A stretch of 64,000 nucleotides of DNA from an uncultured archaeon (GTDB lineage Archaea; Iainarchaeota; Iainarchaeia; Iainarchaeales; 1-14-0-10-31-34). A program made the position numbers and the translations under genes. This document shows, piece after piece, positions 1 through 10,653 of the stretch; position 1 is the stretch's first letter, and the number at the start of each line of letters is the position of its first letter. The stretch spans positions 192,001 to 256,000 of the forward strand of contig CAZSOZ010000001.1 of assembly GCA_964608675.1 (NCBI GenBank). The letters are read 5' to 3'. The notes below the pieces were generated by a model. The model did not search any database, had not been told where the DNA came from, and saw nothing but the letters and a program-made list of their open reading frames with translations.

Positions 1-525
1 TTAGTTTTTGCATTAAAAAGCATGCTCATACAAGTTAAATCCGGAATCCCTTTATTTTCTTCAATTGAAAACACAGCTAAAGGAAACTACGGAACAGTAT
101 CAAAAGAATTCCAATACGTAGTAAATGATATAACCGCAGGGACATCAGAATCAAAAGCAATAGAAAAAATGGCGCTAAGAACAAAATCAGATTACCTAAA
201 AAAAGCAGGCTGGCAAATAGTGAATTCAATTAAAAGCGGAGCCAGTGTAGTAAGCGCATTAGAAACAACAATCGAAACACTGACAGCAAACCAAATGAGA
301 TCAATAAAAAATTATTCAGCCGAACTCAATTTATGGATTTTAATATATTTGCTTTTGGCAGCAGCAATCCCAACTTTAGGAATAACTTTTATGATAATAC
401 TGTCTTCAATGGGAGGCACAAGCATAACAGAAATGCATATAATTGCAACAATTGCTTTTGCATTTATTGTACAAATCATCTTAATTGGTTTTGTAAAAAA
501 CCGAAAACCAAAGGTGGTTCTGTGA
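1..525 (+). CDS. Type II secretion system F (TadB/TadC-like) pilus assembly membrane protein, 5'-partial
   Basis: Open from base 1 (LVFALKSM...); VKSGIPLF, YGTVSKEF and SIKSG motifs plus C-terminal TM helices; paralog of 63451..64000. Confidence 0.8.
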   Translation, partial: LVFALKSMLIQVKSGIPLFSSIENTAKGNYGTVSKEFQYVVNDITAGTSESKAIEKMALRTKSDYLKKAGWQIVNSIKSGASVVSALETTIETLTANQMRSIKNYSAELNLWILIYLLLAAAIPTLGITFMIILSSMGGTSITEMHIIATIAFAFIVQIILIGFVKNRKPKVVL

Positions 526-1538
526 AACTAACTGCATTCAATTTAATTCAAAAAAGACTTTCAGAAACAATTCCTGAAAAAATAAGAAAACAAATTTCAA
601 TAAAAATGAATTACGCAGGAATAAAACAAGACATAGATGAATGGACAGGCAAAAGACTTTTTCTTTCACTGTTATTTGGATTAATAGGAATACTTATTCC
701 TGTAAGTTTAGGAAATTTTTTTAGTTTAACAGAATTAAACATTCAAATAATTTACGGAATAATTCTGGGAACAATTTTTTTTCTGTTAACATTATTGTTA
801 TATTATCTGCATTTAGAATACCAAATTGAAGACAGAAGAAAAAGAACAGAATCCGTTCTCCCTGATTTTCTTTTATTAGTTTCATCAAATTTACGGTCAG
901 GAATGACTCCATTCGAAGCATTCAAAAACAGTTCCAGAGAAGAATTCGGACCGTTAGCAGAAGAAATAAAAATAATTACAGCAAAAAGCATGGGCATAGA
1001 ATCATTCAGAGATTCACTAAAACAACTGGAAAAAAAAATTGACTCCAGAATCCTAAAAGAAAGCATTTCCTTTTTATCTGAAAGCATGAAATCAGGAGGA
1101 AAACTCGCAAAACTACTTGAAGCAAGCGCAGAAGACATGTCAGAAACACAAGAATTAAAAAAAGAAATGATTTCAGGAACAAAAATGTATGTAATGTTTG
1201 TATTATTTGTAATAATTGCTGCAACCCCTCTCCTTATGTCAATTTCCGTTCAATTCCTTGACATGATTTCATCCATTCAAACAGAACAAACAACAGGAAA
1301 CACAGAACTAAATTTAGGTTTTCTTAATTCCCAACTTGCAATTACACCAAACTTCATGCAAAATATTGCATTAATTTTATTTTTCGGAAACGCAATTCTT
1401 TCAAGTTTATTTATCGGAATATTAACAGAAAGAAAAGCAAGACTTGGAGTAAAATATTCTCCAATAATTTTTATTGCAACAACAATACTGTTTATTGGAT
1501 TCAAAACACTGGTTTCAGGAATTTTGTCTGTTATATGA
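522..1538 (+). CDS. Type II secretion system F (TadC-like) pilus assembly protein
   Basis: LPDFLLLVSSNLRSGMT...FGPLAEEI...MKSGG motifs and several TMs; GTG at 522 overlaps the upstream TGA and follows AAGGTGG, so preferred over the 333 start. Confidence 0.85.
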   Translation: MKLTAFNLIQKRLSETIPEKIRKQISIKMNYAGIKQDIDEWTGKRLFLSLLFGLIGILIPVSLGNFFSLTELNIQIIYGIILGTIFFLLTLLLYYLHLEYQIEDRRKRTESVLPDFLLLVSSNLRSGMTPFEAFKNSSREEFGPLAEEIKIITAKSMGIESFRDSLKQLEKKIDSRILKESISFLSESMKSGGKLAKLLEASAEDMSETQELKKEMISGTKMYVMFVLFVIIAATPLLMSISVQFLDMISSIQTEQTTGNTELNLGFLNSQLAITPNFMQNIALILFFGNAILSSLFIGILTERKARLGVKYSPIIFIATTILFIGFKTLVSGILSVI

Positions 1539-1608
1539 AAAGAAAAAGATTATAAATAAAAAAACCACTAATAGATAATATTATTTTTATTTAGAGGAGG
1601 AAAAAAAA

Positions 1609-2061
1609 ATGATTGAAAGAAAAGCACAAGGAACAACCGAATACCTTATTATTCTGGCTGTAATCATAGTGATTGCATTAGTAGTTGTTGGAGTAATGGG
1701 TTGGGTTCCAGGATTAAGCGGAGGAATAACAGAACAGCAGTCAAGAGCATACTGGCAGTCAACAGCTCCATTCGCAATAAAAGAATACAAAATAAGCGGA
1801 ACAACAGCAAGCCTAGAAGTCCAAAATGTTTCAGCAAACAAACTTACTTTAACTGACGTTGAATTAGACGGAGAAGGAAGCATTGCATCCAACGTTGAAT
1901 TCAATGCAGGAGAAAGCAAGCTAGTGACTGTTACAATTACCACTGCGTGCGGAGACCCTGGAACAGGATTTGACAAAAACGTAAGCTTTACATACAACTC
2001 AAAAAATGTCACAGGACTAGTTCAAATCGGAGACAAAGGACTAATAGGAAAATGCAGTTAA
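1609..2061 (+). CDS. Archaeal type IV pilin with class III signal peptide
   Basis: RKAQ/GTTEYLIILAVIIVIALVVV prepilin motif; GAGGAGG RBS. Confidence 0.85.
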   Translation: MIERKAQGTTEYLIILAVIIVIALVVVGVMGWVPGLSGGITEQQSRAYWQSTAPFAIKEYKISGTTASLEVQNVSANKLTLTDVELDGEGSIASNVEFNAGESKLVTVTITTACGDPGTGFDKNVSFTYNSKNVTGLVQIGDKGLIGKCS

Positions 2062-2098
2062 AACAACTGACCAGTCAATGGACATCTGATTTACTTGT

Positions 2099-2140
2099 GC
2101 ACGCCATTAAAGGCGTGCTATACTATTTTTTTTATTTTTT
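2099..2140 (+). terminator. GC stem-loop followed by T-tract between the convergent pilin and tpiA genes
   Basis: GCACGCC-ATTAAA-GGCGTGC (2099-2118), then T runs. Confidence 0.55.
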
Positions 2141-2877
2141 TATTTATTAAAATTAGCTATTTTTGCAAAAGCATCAGGATTAAGAGAAGCTCCGCCAACC
2201 AAAACTCCATCAACACAATCAACAGAAAAAACTTCCTTGATGTTTTCAGGTTTAACGCTTCCGCCATACAAAATTTTAATTTCGTTTCCTTTTTCTCCAA
2301 ACAATTCAGTCAACTGGCATCTAATAAAAGAATGCGCATTAAAAATATCTTTAGGTTTAGCTGTTTTTCCAGAACCAATAGCCCAAACAGGTTCATAAGC
2401 AACAAAAATACTGCTAGAAAAAGAAACGTTCTTCAAAGAATCACACAATTGCTCGCTTAAAATAAAATTTGTTTTATCCTGTTCTCTTTCCTTAAAAGTT
2501 TCGCCCACACACAAAACAACCTTAAAATTTAATTCAAGAGCTTTCTTTAACTTTTTATTGATTAACTGACTGGACTCAAAAAATTTACGGCGCCTGTCAG
2601 AATGCCCCAATAAAACAAAACTGCAAAAACCCTTTAACTGCAAAAAAGAAATTTCTCCGGTAAATTCGCCTTTTTCTTCAAAAAAAGCATTTTGGGCACC
2701 AACAAAAATTTTCTTTAAAGCAAACTTTCTTGCAAAAGGAATACACGTAAAAGAAGGAAAAACAATTATCTGGTTTTTTGACTTAAAAACCAGTTTATTG
2801 AATTTACGGAAAAAAATTTTTGTTTCCTCTGCATTTTTATTCATCTTCCAGTTTCCTGCAACAATTTTTTCAGCCAT
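2140..2877 (-). CDS. tpiA: Triosephosphate isomerase (bacterial-type)
   Basis: AGNWKMN, GHSDRR, AYEPVWAIG, YGGSV and LVGGASL motifs. Confidence 0.95.
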   Translation of the reverse strand: MAEKIVAGNWKMNKNAEETKIFFRKFNKLVFKSKNQIIVFPSFTCIPFARKFALKKIFVGAQNAFFEEKGEFTGEISFLQLKGFCSFVLLGHSDRRRKFFESSQLINKKLKKALELNFKVVLCVGETFKEREQDKTNFILSEQLCDSLKNVSFSSSIFVAYEPVWAIGSGKTAKPKDIFNAHSFIRCQLTELFGEKGNEIKILYGGSVKPENIKEVFSVDCVDGVLVGGASLNPDAFAKIANFNK

Positions 2878-2968
2878 TTAAACCAATAACAATAAAATAC
2901 AAACAAATAAATAAAATTACCTGAAATAAACAACAAATTAAAGCTTTTTTACAGAAAAAATATAAATA

Positions 2969-4798
2969 ATGCAATATGAAAACGTTTCTCCAAAAAAACT
3001 CTTGAATTCAGTTAAAAAAACACAAGAATACTCTTTAATAAAAAAAGCCACAGAACATGCTGAAAAAGAATTAACAGGAAAAAAATTATCAAACTGCCTT
3101 AACACAGCATACACAATAAACTCCCTTGCAATAAGAGGAAACATAATTTCAGCAACCTTATTGCATGAAACAAAATTAAATCAAGAAGAAATAAAAAAAG
3201 AATTCAACGAAGACACAAAAAAATTAGTTGAATCAATAAGAAAAATAAAAAAAATAGAATCACAATACAAAAACTTTGACTCAAAAACATTAAGCAAAAT
3301 AATTCTTGCAACAACCAAAGACGCAAGAACAATAATAATTATTCTGGCATCAAAACTTGCTGAATTAAGAAATGCAAAAAAAGAAGAAAAACACAAAGCA
3401 AAAATAGTACAGGAAGTATACCTCCCCATAAGCCAAAAACTAGGGTTAAACGAAATAAAATGGGAATTAGAAGACCTTGCATTCAAATTACTGCAAAAAA
3501 AAGAATACGATAAAATAAAATACAAATTAAAAAAGAAAAAAACAGAAAGAGAAAAAGAACTAAAAAAAATAATAAAAGAAATAAAAAAAACACTAAAAAA
3601 AGAAAAAATAAAAGCAGAAGTAATTGGAAGAACAAAAAATTTCGTTGGAATCCACAACAAAATGAAAAGAAAAAAATGCGGTTTAGAAGACCTCCATGAT
3701 TTAATTGCAGTAAGAATAATCTGCAACACAATAAAAGAATGCTATATTATTCTGGGAATAATTCATTCATTATATGAACCTTTACTGAATTCATTTGATG
3801 ACTATATTGCAAACCCCAAAGAAAATAATTACAAGTCAATTCACACAGACCTAAAAACAAAAGACAAACAGGTTTTTGAAGCACAAATAAGGACATGGGA
3901 AATGAACGCAGAAGCAGAAGAAGGCCTTCCTGCCCACTGGACATACAAACAAATAAAAAAAGACACAGAATTCGACGGAAAACTTATTTGGGCAAAACAA
4001 TTAATTGAATGGAACAAAAAAAACAAAACAAAAAACGTGCTGGATACAATAAAAATAGGGTTTGAAGAAAAAAAAATATTTACTTTAACCCCAAAAGCAG
4101 ACATAATTGAACTGCTCCCAAAATCAACTCCAATAGATTTTGCGTACTCAATTCATTCAGCAGTAGGAAACAAATGCAGTAAAGCAAAAGTAAACGGAAA
4201 AATAGTTCCCTTAGATTATCCGCTTGAAAATGGAGACATCATTGAAATAATAATTTCACCAAAACAGCACCCAAAAAGACAATGGCTTACCATAGCAAAA
4301 ACAACAAAAGCAAAAGCAAAAATAAGACAAGCATTAGAAATAACAGGACAAGAAAAAAAAAGAAAAAAAACAATAAAAACAATTCCAATAAAAATGACTC
4401 ATTCAATCAGAATATCAAAATGCTGCAATCCCCTCCCTGAAGATAAAATTGCCGCACTAAAAACAACTAAAAGAAAAATAGCAATACATAAAGAAAACTG
4501 CAGAAACATCTTAAGAGAAAACCCAAAAAAAATAATTCCAATAAGCTGGGAAATGATAGGAAAAAAAGAATTAACTGCAGAAATAAAAATAGAAGCAAAA
4601 GAAAAAGTAAATCTGCTTAAAGACATTCTTGATGCAATAGTTTTACTAAAAGGAAAAGTGATTGCAACAGAAACAAAAGTTGAAAACAAAAAAGTGATTT
4701 CAAAATTCACAATACAAGCAAAAAAACCACAGGCAATAAGCCGAATAATAGAAAAAATAAAAAAAATAGAAGGAATAAAAACAGTAAAAAGAAGCTAA
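2969..4798 (+). CDS. Long RelA/SpoT homolog: degenerate HD, synthetase, TGS, ZFD and ACT domains
   Basis: KWELEDLAF, DLIAVRI, DYIANPKENNYKSIH, EAQIRT, AHWTYK, TPIDFAYSIH and KCCNP motifs; HD motif reads LLHET. Confidence 0.92.
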   Translation: MQYENVSPKKLLNSVKKTQEYSLIKKATEHAEKELTGKKLSNCLNTAYTINSLAIRGNIISATLLHETKLNQEEIKKEFNEDTKKLVESIRKIKKIESQYKNFDSKTLSKIILATTKDARTIIIILASKLAELRNAKKEEKHKAKIVQEVYLPISQKLGLNEIKWELEDLAFKLLQKKEYDKIKYKLKKKKTEREKELKKIIKEIKKTLKKEKIKAEVIGRTKNFVGIHNKMKRKKCGLEDLHDLIAVRIICNTIKECYIILGIIHSLYEPLLNSFDDYIANPKENNYKSIHTDLKTKDKQVFEAQIRTWEMNAEAEEGLPAHWTYKQIKKDTEFDGKLIWAKQLIEWNKKNKTKNVLDTIKIGFEEKKIFTLTPKADIIELLPKSTPIDFAYSIHSAVGNKCSKAKVNGKIVPLDYPLENGDIIEIIISPKQHPKRQWLTIAKTTKAKAKIRQALEITGQEKKRKKTIKTIPIKMTHSIRISKCCNPLPEDKIAALKTTKRKIAIHKENCRNILRENPKKIIPISWEMIGKKELTAEIKIEAKEKVNLLKDILDAIVLLKGKVIATETKVENKKVISKFTIQAKKPQAISRIIEKIKKIEGIKTVKRS

Positions 4799-4884
4799 AA
4801 AAACAAAAAAAACCAAAATACAAAAGTTTTTATTTAATAAAAAAACTTATATTAACAGCAAAAAAAAAATAAAGGGGAATTTAA

Positions 4885-5628
4885 ATGAAAAGAGTTAAAA
4901 CAGGAATAAGCGGGTTGGACGAATTAATTGAAGGAGGTTTTCCGGAAAAAAGAGCAATGCTTGTATCAGGCGCCTGTGGAACAGGAAAAACAATTTTTTC
5001 AATGCAGTACATTTACAACGGAGCAATAAAATACAATGAACCAGGAATATATGTAACTTTAGATGAACGCCCTGAATTAATTCGAGAAGACGTAGCAAGA
5101 TTTGGATGGGATCTAAGAAAACTGGAAGAAAAAAAATTATTAAGCATAATAGACGGAAGCGTGGCAAGAATAGGAATGCCCTCAGAAGAAGAATTCTCTC
5201 TGCCAATGACAGGATTTGATTTAGACAAGCTTTTGCTGGAAATAATGAGAGTAACAAAAAGAATTGGAGCAAAAAGAGTTGTAATTGATTCAATTCCTGC
5301 ATTAGGATTTAATTTTGAAAACGAAAACGAAACAAGAAAAGCAATACTCAAATTAAGTTATATGTTAATGAGAATAGGAGTCACATCAATAATGACTTCA
5401 GAAATACAGGAAGGAGCGGCAAAATTCGGAAAATACGATGTAGAAGAATATGTAGTTGACGGAGTAGTCATACTGCATTATTCAGGAATTGGAGGAGGAG
5501 GAACAAACAGAACTATTCACATCCGAAAAATGAGAGCCACCAAACACTCCGAAGACTTGCATCCATTAACAATAACAAAAAAAGGAATGAATATACATGG
5601 AATAGAAGAAGCATACGATGAAAGCTGA
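4885..5628 (+). CDS. KaiC/RAD55/GvpD-family single-domain RecA-like ATPase
   Basis: TGISGLDELIEGG, Walker A GACGTGKT, Walker B VVIDS, KMR motif. Confidence 0.9.
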   Translation: MKRVKTGISGLDELIEGGFPEKRAMLVSGACGTGKTIFSMQYIYNGAIKYNEPGIYVTLDERPELIREDVARFGWDLRKLEEKKLLSIIDGSVARIGMPSEEEFSLPMTGFDLDKLLLEIMRVTKRIGAKRVVIDSIPALGFNFENENETRKAILKLSYMLMRIGVTSIMTSEIQEGAAKFGKYDVEEYVVDGVVILHYSGIGGGGTNRTIHIRKMRATKHSEDLHPLTITKKGMNIHGIEEAYDES

Positions 5629-5681
5629 AAAAAAACAAACAATAATTAATTTGTTCCTCTAATTGTTTTTAAAGTGATTAA

Positions 5682-7289
5682 ATGAGTAAATGGGTTTTCT
5701 GGGCAGATGAAATAGCAGAAAAAATAATTAAAAGAAAAAAATTTCATTTTACCGAACAAAAAATTCCTGAAATAAAAAAATGGACAGTTAAAAGTTCAAG
5801 TTCTTTGTCAGGAGTACTTCACATAGGAAGGCTTTCAGACATAATCAGAGGAGAAGCAGAAGCAAGAGCCCTCGAAGAAAAAGGTTTTCCAATTGAATTC
5901 ATTTATGTAACAGAAGACATGGACCCCTTAAGAAAAATCCCAAAAGGAGTCCCTGAAAAATTCAAAGAATACATTGGTTTTCCTGTATCAGACATACCAG
6001 ACCCAAACGGATGCCATCAAAGCTATGCAGAACACTTTACAGCAGAATTCTTAAGCGTGTTCAAAGACTTTCTTTATTTAGAACCAAAAATATATTCAAT
6101 GAGAAAAGAATACCAGAAAAAAAACTTTAACGAAGAAATAAAAGAATTAGTAAAAAACACAGAAGAAATAAAAAAAATAATAGAAAAAATACAGGGAAGC
6201 GAAGTAGGAAAAAATTGGAGTGTATGGAAACCAATATGCGAAAAATGCGGAAACCTGCAGACAACCACAATAACCAAAATTGAAGGGACAAAAATTCACT
6301 ATAAATGCCAAGACTATAAATTTGAAAAATTTACTGCAAAAGGATGCGGTTATGAAGGAATATCAGATTTAAATAAAGCAAACGGAAAATTAATCTGGAA
6401 AAGCGAATGGGCTGCACAATGGAAAAGATGGAAAGTTTGTTCAGAAGGAGCAGGAAAAGAATACGAAAGCAGGAATTCTGCTTTCTGGGTTAACGCAGAA
6501 ATAACAGAAAAAATTCTTGGTTTTCCTCATCCAGAACCAATTTTCTATGAACACATAATTATTGGCGGAGAAAAAATGAGTGCTTCAGTAGGAAACGTGG
6601 TTTATCCAGCTGACTGGCTAAAAGTAGCAAAACCAGAAACCCTCAAATACCTGTATATGAAAAGATTAATGAAAACCAGAAGCTTTGAATGGACAGACAT
6701 ACCCTTACTAGAACTGGAATTAGACAGAATACTGCAGACAAAAAAAAACAAAAAAGGAGACGAAATAGAACAATTAAAAAAATCAAAATACAAAAATTTC
6801 ATAAAAGTAAAAAACAGAAAAATAATTCCCTTACAAGCAGACTATACTTTATGCGCTTTCTTAAACGAATTTTATTCTGAAAACCAAATAATAGAAAAAT
6901 TAAAAGAAATGAACAAAATAGAATCAGATTCCCAAGAAGAAATTCAAGCACTAAAAGAAAGAATTAGATTGTCAAAAAACTGGCTGAAAAAATATGCGCC
7001 AGAAGAAAACAAAATAATTTTCTCAGAAACAATAACAAGAAAACCTGAAAAAAAAATAAAAGAAGTATTCAAAGAAACCATAAAAATACTGGAAAAAGAA
7101 AATAATCCTGAAAAAATCCAGCAGGAAATTTATAATACAGGAAAAGAAAAAGGATTACAGCCAAAAGAATTATTCAAAGAATTCTACTTGTTTTTAATTG
7201 GAAAAGAAAAAGGCCCAAGATTAGGGCAATTAATTACAGCAATAGGAAAAGAAAAAGTCAGGGAAAAAATTGAGAAGGCAATGGAATGA
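5682..7289 (+). CDS. lysS: Class I lysine--tRNA ligase
   Basis: FWADEIA start, SGVLHIG (HIGH), KMSAS and C-terminal GPRLG. Confidence 0.93.
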   Translation: MSKWVFWADEIAEKIIKRKKFHFTEQKIPEIKKWTVKSSSSLSGVLHIGRLSDIIRGEAEARALEEKGFPIEFIYVTEDMDPLRKIPKGVPEKFKEYIGFPVSDIPDPNGCHQSYAEHFTAEFLSVFKDFLYLEPKIYSMRKEYQKKNFNEEIKELVKNTEEIKKIIEKIQGSEVGKNWSVWKPICEKCGNLQTTTITKIEGTKIHYKCQDYKFEKFTAKGCGYEGISDLNKANGKLIWKSEWAAQWKRWKVCSEGAGKEYESRNSAFWVNAEITEKILGFPHPEPIFYEHIIIGGEKMSASVGNVVYPADWLKVAKPETLKYLYMKRLMKTRSFEWTDIPLLELELDRILQTKKNKKGDEIEQLKKSKYKNFIKVKNRKIIPLQADYTLCAFLNEFYSENQIIEKLKEMNKIESDSQEEIQALKERIRLSKNWLKKYAPEENKIIFSETITRKPEKKIKEVFKETIKILEKENNPEKIQQEIYNTGKEKGLQPKELFKEFYLFLIGKEKGPRLGQLITAIGKEKVREKIEKAME

Positions 7290-7553
7290 AAACACCAAGA
7301 AAAATCAGGAAAACAAGAGTAAAAATGCTTGAGCCAAGCCTGCTTCCAAGACTCACAAAAAAAAATGCCTGCAAAAGTCAGAAAAATAGTTGAAATTGGC
7401 TATGAAAGAAATGTAGAAAATATAAGGCAATTAATACCAAAAGCAGGAGACAAAAACATTAATGTAAGGCATGTGACACAAATAGCAATCGGACAACTTA
7501 TAGAAGTAAACAAAAAAAATCCCAAAAAATTTTTTTTTATACGGGCTAAATAA
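7286..7553 (+). pseudogene. Small basic hypothetical protein interrupted by an apparent +1 frameshift in an A9 run
   Basis: ATG overlaps the lysS stop (ATGA). MKTPRKIRKTRVKMLEPSLLPRLTKK joins ...MPAKVRKIVEIG... if the A9 at 7357-7365 were A8. Confidence 0.45.
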
Positions 7554-7626
7554 TAAAAATCCTTTAATTGCAGAAAAAATAAAAAGAATTTATATAAAAT
7601 ATTTTCCAGAGTTAGCAAAAAAATAA

Positions 7627-9156
7627 TTATTCAAATTCAATTGTTGCAGGAGGCTTTTGGGAAATGTCATACAAAACCCTTGAAACCCCTTCAACTTCAT
7701 TCAAAATTCTGGAAGAAACTTTTTCAAGAAAATCATCAGAAAACCTTGTCCAGTCAGCAGTCATTCCATCCACAGAATTAACTGCACGCAAAGCAACAAC
7801 AAAAGAATACTCTCTTGAATCTCCCTTAACTCCAACAGCCTTAACAGGAAAAATTACAGCAAACGCCTGCCAAGTTTTATCATACAATTTATTTTTTCTT
7901 AATTCATCAACAAAAATAAAATCCGCTTCCCTCAAAATACCAAGTTTTTCTCTGGTTATCTCCCCTAAAATCCTTACAGCAAGCCCTGGACCTGGAAAAG
8001 GATGTCTTTCAACAACATCTTCAGAAATTCCTAAAAGTTTTCCTATTTCACGAACTTCATCCTTATAAAATTCCCTTAAAGGTTCAAGTAAAAGAAAATT
8101 CATTTTTTCAGGCAAAGAAAGATTATGATGAGATTTAATTTTAGCGACAGTTTTAGAAGGTTCTGCTGACTCAATTCTATCAGGATAAATTGTGCCCTGC
8201 CCCAAAAAAGAAATTTTTCCAAACTGTTTTTCAAGCTCCAAAGCCTTTTCTTCAAAAACCTCAATAAAAGTATGGCCAATAATTTTTCTTTTTTCTTCAG
8301 GATCAAAAACTCCTTCCAAAGCAGACAAAAATTTTTCAGAAGCATCAACTACAAAAAAATGCTTGAAATTCATTTTACGATAAAGAGCTTCAACAAAATC
8401 CCTGTCTCCCTTTCTGATTAAACCAGTATCAACAAAAACACAAAATAATTGACTAGAAACAGTTTTATGAATTAAAACAGACGCAACCAAAGAATCCACT
8501 CCCCCTGAAACCCCCATTAAAATCCTTTTGTTTCCTGCTCTTAATTTTATTTCTTTTTGAATATCCTTTAAAACAAAAGAAATTTTCCAGTCTTTTTTTG
8601 CTCTGCAAACATTCAAAAAATTCTGAAAAATTTTTTTTCCTTTAGGAGTATGATGAACTTCAGGATGAAACTGCAAACCAAAAATTTTCTTTTTAGAAGA
8701 AAACATTGAAGAAACAGCACAAGACTTCGTTTTAGAAGAAACAACAAACCCTTCAGGAAGAACTTTAACTGAATCCCCATGAGAAAGCCAAACCTGCTCC
8801 TTATTTAAACCATTAAACAAAGGGTCTTTTCCTTTAACAAAAATAATGTTTTTGCCGTATTCTTTTGAGTTACTTGAATCAACTCTGCCATCTAAAAGAA
8901 CAGTGATTAACTGAAGACCATAACAAATTCCCAAAACAGGAACCCCCAAATCCAAGACAGCAGAATCCATTTTCGGAGCATTAAACTGATTAACACTTGA
9001 AGGGCCTCCAGACAAAATTATTCCATCAGGATTAAATTTTTTTAATTCCAAAGCAGTAATTGAATGAGAAAAAATTTCTGCTTTAACTCCTAATTCCCTT
9101 ATTTTTCTTGCAATCAAATGACAATACTGGCCTCCAAAATTAATTACTGCAATCAT
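7627..9156 (-). CDS. guaA: GMP synthase, fused glutaminase + synthetase
   Basis: PVLGICYG, QFHPEV, SGGVDS, HPFPGPGL and KPPATIEFE motifs. Confidence 0.95.
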   Translation of the reverse strand: MIAVINFGGQYCHLIARKIRELGVKAEIFSHSITALELKKFNPDGIILSGGPSSVNQFNAPKMDSAVLDLGVPVLGICYGLQLITVLLDGRVDSSNSKEYGKNIIFVKGKDPLFNGLNKEQVWLSHGDSVKVLPEGFVVSSKTKSCAVSSMFSSKKKIFGLQFHPEVHHTPKGKKIFQNFLNVCRAKKDWKISFVLKDIQKEIKLRAGNKRILMGVSGGVDSLVASVLIHKTVSSQLFCVFVDTGLIRKGDRDFVEALYRKMNFKHFFVVDASEKFLSALEGVFDPEEKRKIIGHTFIEVFEEKALELEKQFGKISFLGQGTIYPDRIESAEPSKTVAKIKSHHNLSLPEKMNFLLLEPLREFYKDEVREIGKLLGISEDVVERHPFPGPGLAVRILGEITREKLGILREADFIFVDELRKNKLYDKTWQAFAVIFPVKAVGVKGDSREYSFVVALRAVNSVDGMTADWTRFSDDFLEKVSSRILNEVEGVSRVLYDISQKPPATIEFE

Positions 9157-9246
9157 TCAAAAAAGCCTCCAACAAAAACAAAAAAAAAGAAAAAAAATAG
9201 AATTTTTTTATTAGACATAAATAATGATTGAAAAAAAGTCTTTTAA

Positions 9247-9627
9247 TTATTTTGATTTAAGAATACGGACTGCAAAATAAGCAGCGTTTTGAGCGTTGTC
9301 GATGCCAACACATGCAACAGGAACCCCTTTAGGCATCTGAACAATAGAAAGCAATGCATCAAGCCCCCCCAACTTAGAAGAAACAGGAACCCCAATAACC
9401 GGCTTCAAAGTATGAGAAGCAATTACTCCAGGCAAAGCAGCACTCAAACCCGCAATTGCAATAAAAACATCAAAATCTTTTTCTGCTATCTCTTTTACTT
9501 TTTCAGGACTTCTATGCGCAGAAGCAACAAATGTTTCAAAAGAAATTTTGTTTTCCTTCAAAACTTTTTCAGCTTTCTCTGCAATCTTCCTGTCTGATTC
9601 AGATCCCATTACAACTGCAACTTTCAT
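9247..9627 (-). CDS. purE: N5-CAIR mutase / AIR carboxylase
   Basis: [21 protein letters not shown] and QMPKGVPVA motifs. Confidence 0.93.
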   Translation of the reverse strand: MKVAVVMGSESDRKIAEKAEKVLKENKISFETFVASAHRSPEKVKEIAEKDFDVFIAIAGLSAALPGVIASHTLKPVIGVPVSSKLGGLDALLSIVQMPKGVPVACVGIDNAQNAAYFAVRILKSK

Positions 9628-9675
9628 TCAACCACCAACAAAAATATTATTTTTCTTTTATTTAATTATTCGCTT

Positions 9676-10644
9676 TTACTGCCAATTATTTTTTTCCTTT
9701 AATTCCCTGTATTCCTGAACTACCCTGCTTAAAGGCCTGGCAGACGCAAAATTTTCTTCAATCCATTCCTGTGCAAAAGAAAAATAAAACTCTGAAATTA
9801 ATTCTAAAAGTTTTGAAGGCATTTCAGGAGGTTCCGGCCATTCATCTTTTTGTTTTCCTTCCTGCATTGCTTTCTTTAATTCATTCTTCCACGAAGTAGT
9901 ATTATAATAATCTCTTGCGACCTGCTTGCTTACATGAACGCCATTAAACAAAAAACGGTTTTCATCCAAAGTACCAAAAACATCAACCAACAAAAGATTT
10001 CTTTCAGGAGAAAAAGCCAATTCAATTTTTCCGTCAGCATGAATTAAATTTAAAGACTCTGCTTTTTTATTTAAAAAATCATTAACCATCAAAGCAATCT
10101 GTTTTATTTCATTTAATTCAAATTCATTTAAAGCACTCATACTCAAAGCTTCCTGTTCAGTTAAAAGCCTGTCAGTCGGCTCCAATTTAGTAAAAAATTC
10201 AATCAAAGGGTTGTCAAAAAAAGTGTTTGGTTCAGGCACAGAAGACAAACCATATTGTTCAGGTTTAGCTTCCCCTTTCCTAAAACGAGAAAGCAAAGAA
10301 CTTCCTTCAGGAAGCATATTACGAAAAACAACCTCCAAAGGAATCAAATAATTTGAATCCTCTTTTGTCAATTTTCTTTTCTGGGGATAAATTACCTGCA
10401 CTAATTTTACTTTCATTTGATTTGGCTTAATGAACTCCAAAAAATGAGAAAAAATATTCAATTCAGAAATTTTTTCAAAATTATATGACGCCATCCTGCA
10501 TAAAGCTTCTCCTTTTCCAGGAATCTGCTGAGGCATTTTGCCATAATCAAAAATACTGTAATCATCAGTAAAAGAAAAAATTCCTTCACCAAACTCTTTT
10601 TCAGAAGCTTTCTTTAAAACCATTAAATCCTTAACTGACCCCAA
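9676..10644 (-). CDS. purC: SAICAR synthetase
   Basis: GSVKD start, FTDDYSIFD, DGKIE, GTLDENRF and SKQ motifs; TTG start. Confidence 0.9.
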   Translation of the reverse strand: MGSVKDLMVLKKASEKEFGEGIFSFTDDYSIFDYGKMPQQIPGKGEALCRMASYNFEKISELNIFSHFLEFIKPNQMKVKLVQVIYPQKRKLTKEDSNYLIPLEVVFRNMLPEGSSLLSRFRKGEAKPEQYGLSSVPEPNTFFDNPLIEFFTKLEPTDRLLTEQEALSMSALNEFELNEIKQIALMVNDFLNKKAESLNLIHADGKIELAFSPERNLLLVDVFGTLDENRFLFNGVHVSKQVARDYYNTTSWKNELKKAMQEGKQKDEWPEPPEMPSKLLELISEFYFSFAQEWIEENFASARPLSRVVQEYRELKEKNNWQ

Positions 10645-10653
10645 ACAAACACC

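Noticed and set aside
333-521. N-terminal extension of the 401-aa ORF
   Set aside because: It overlaps the upstream gene out of frame; GTG at 522 with an RBS matches the paralog length.
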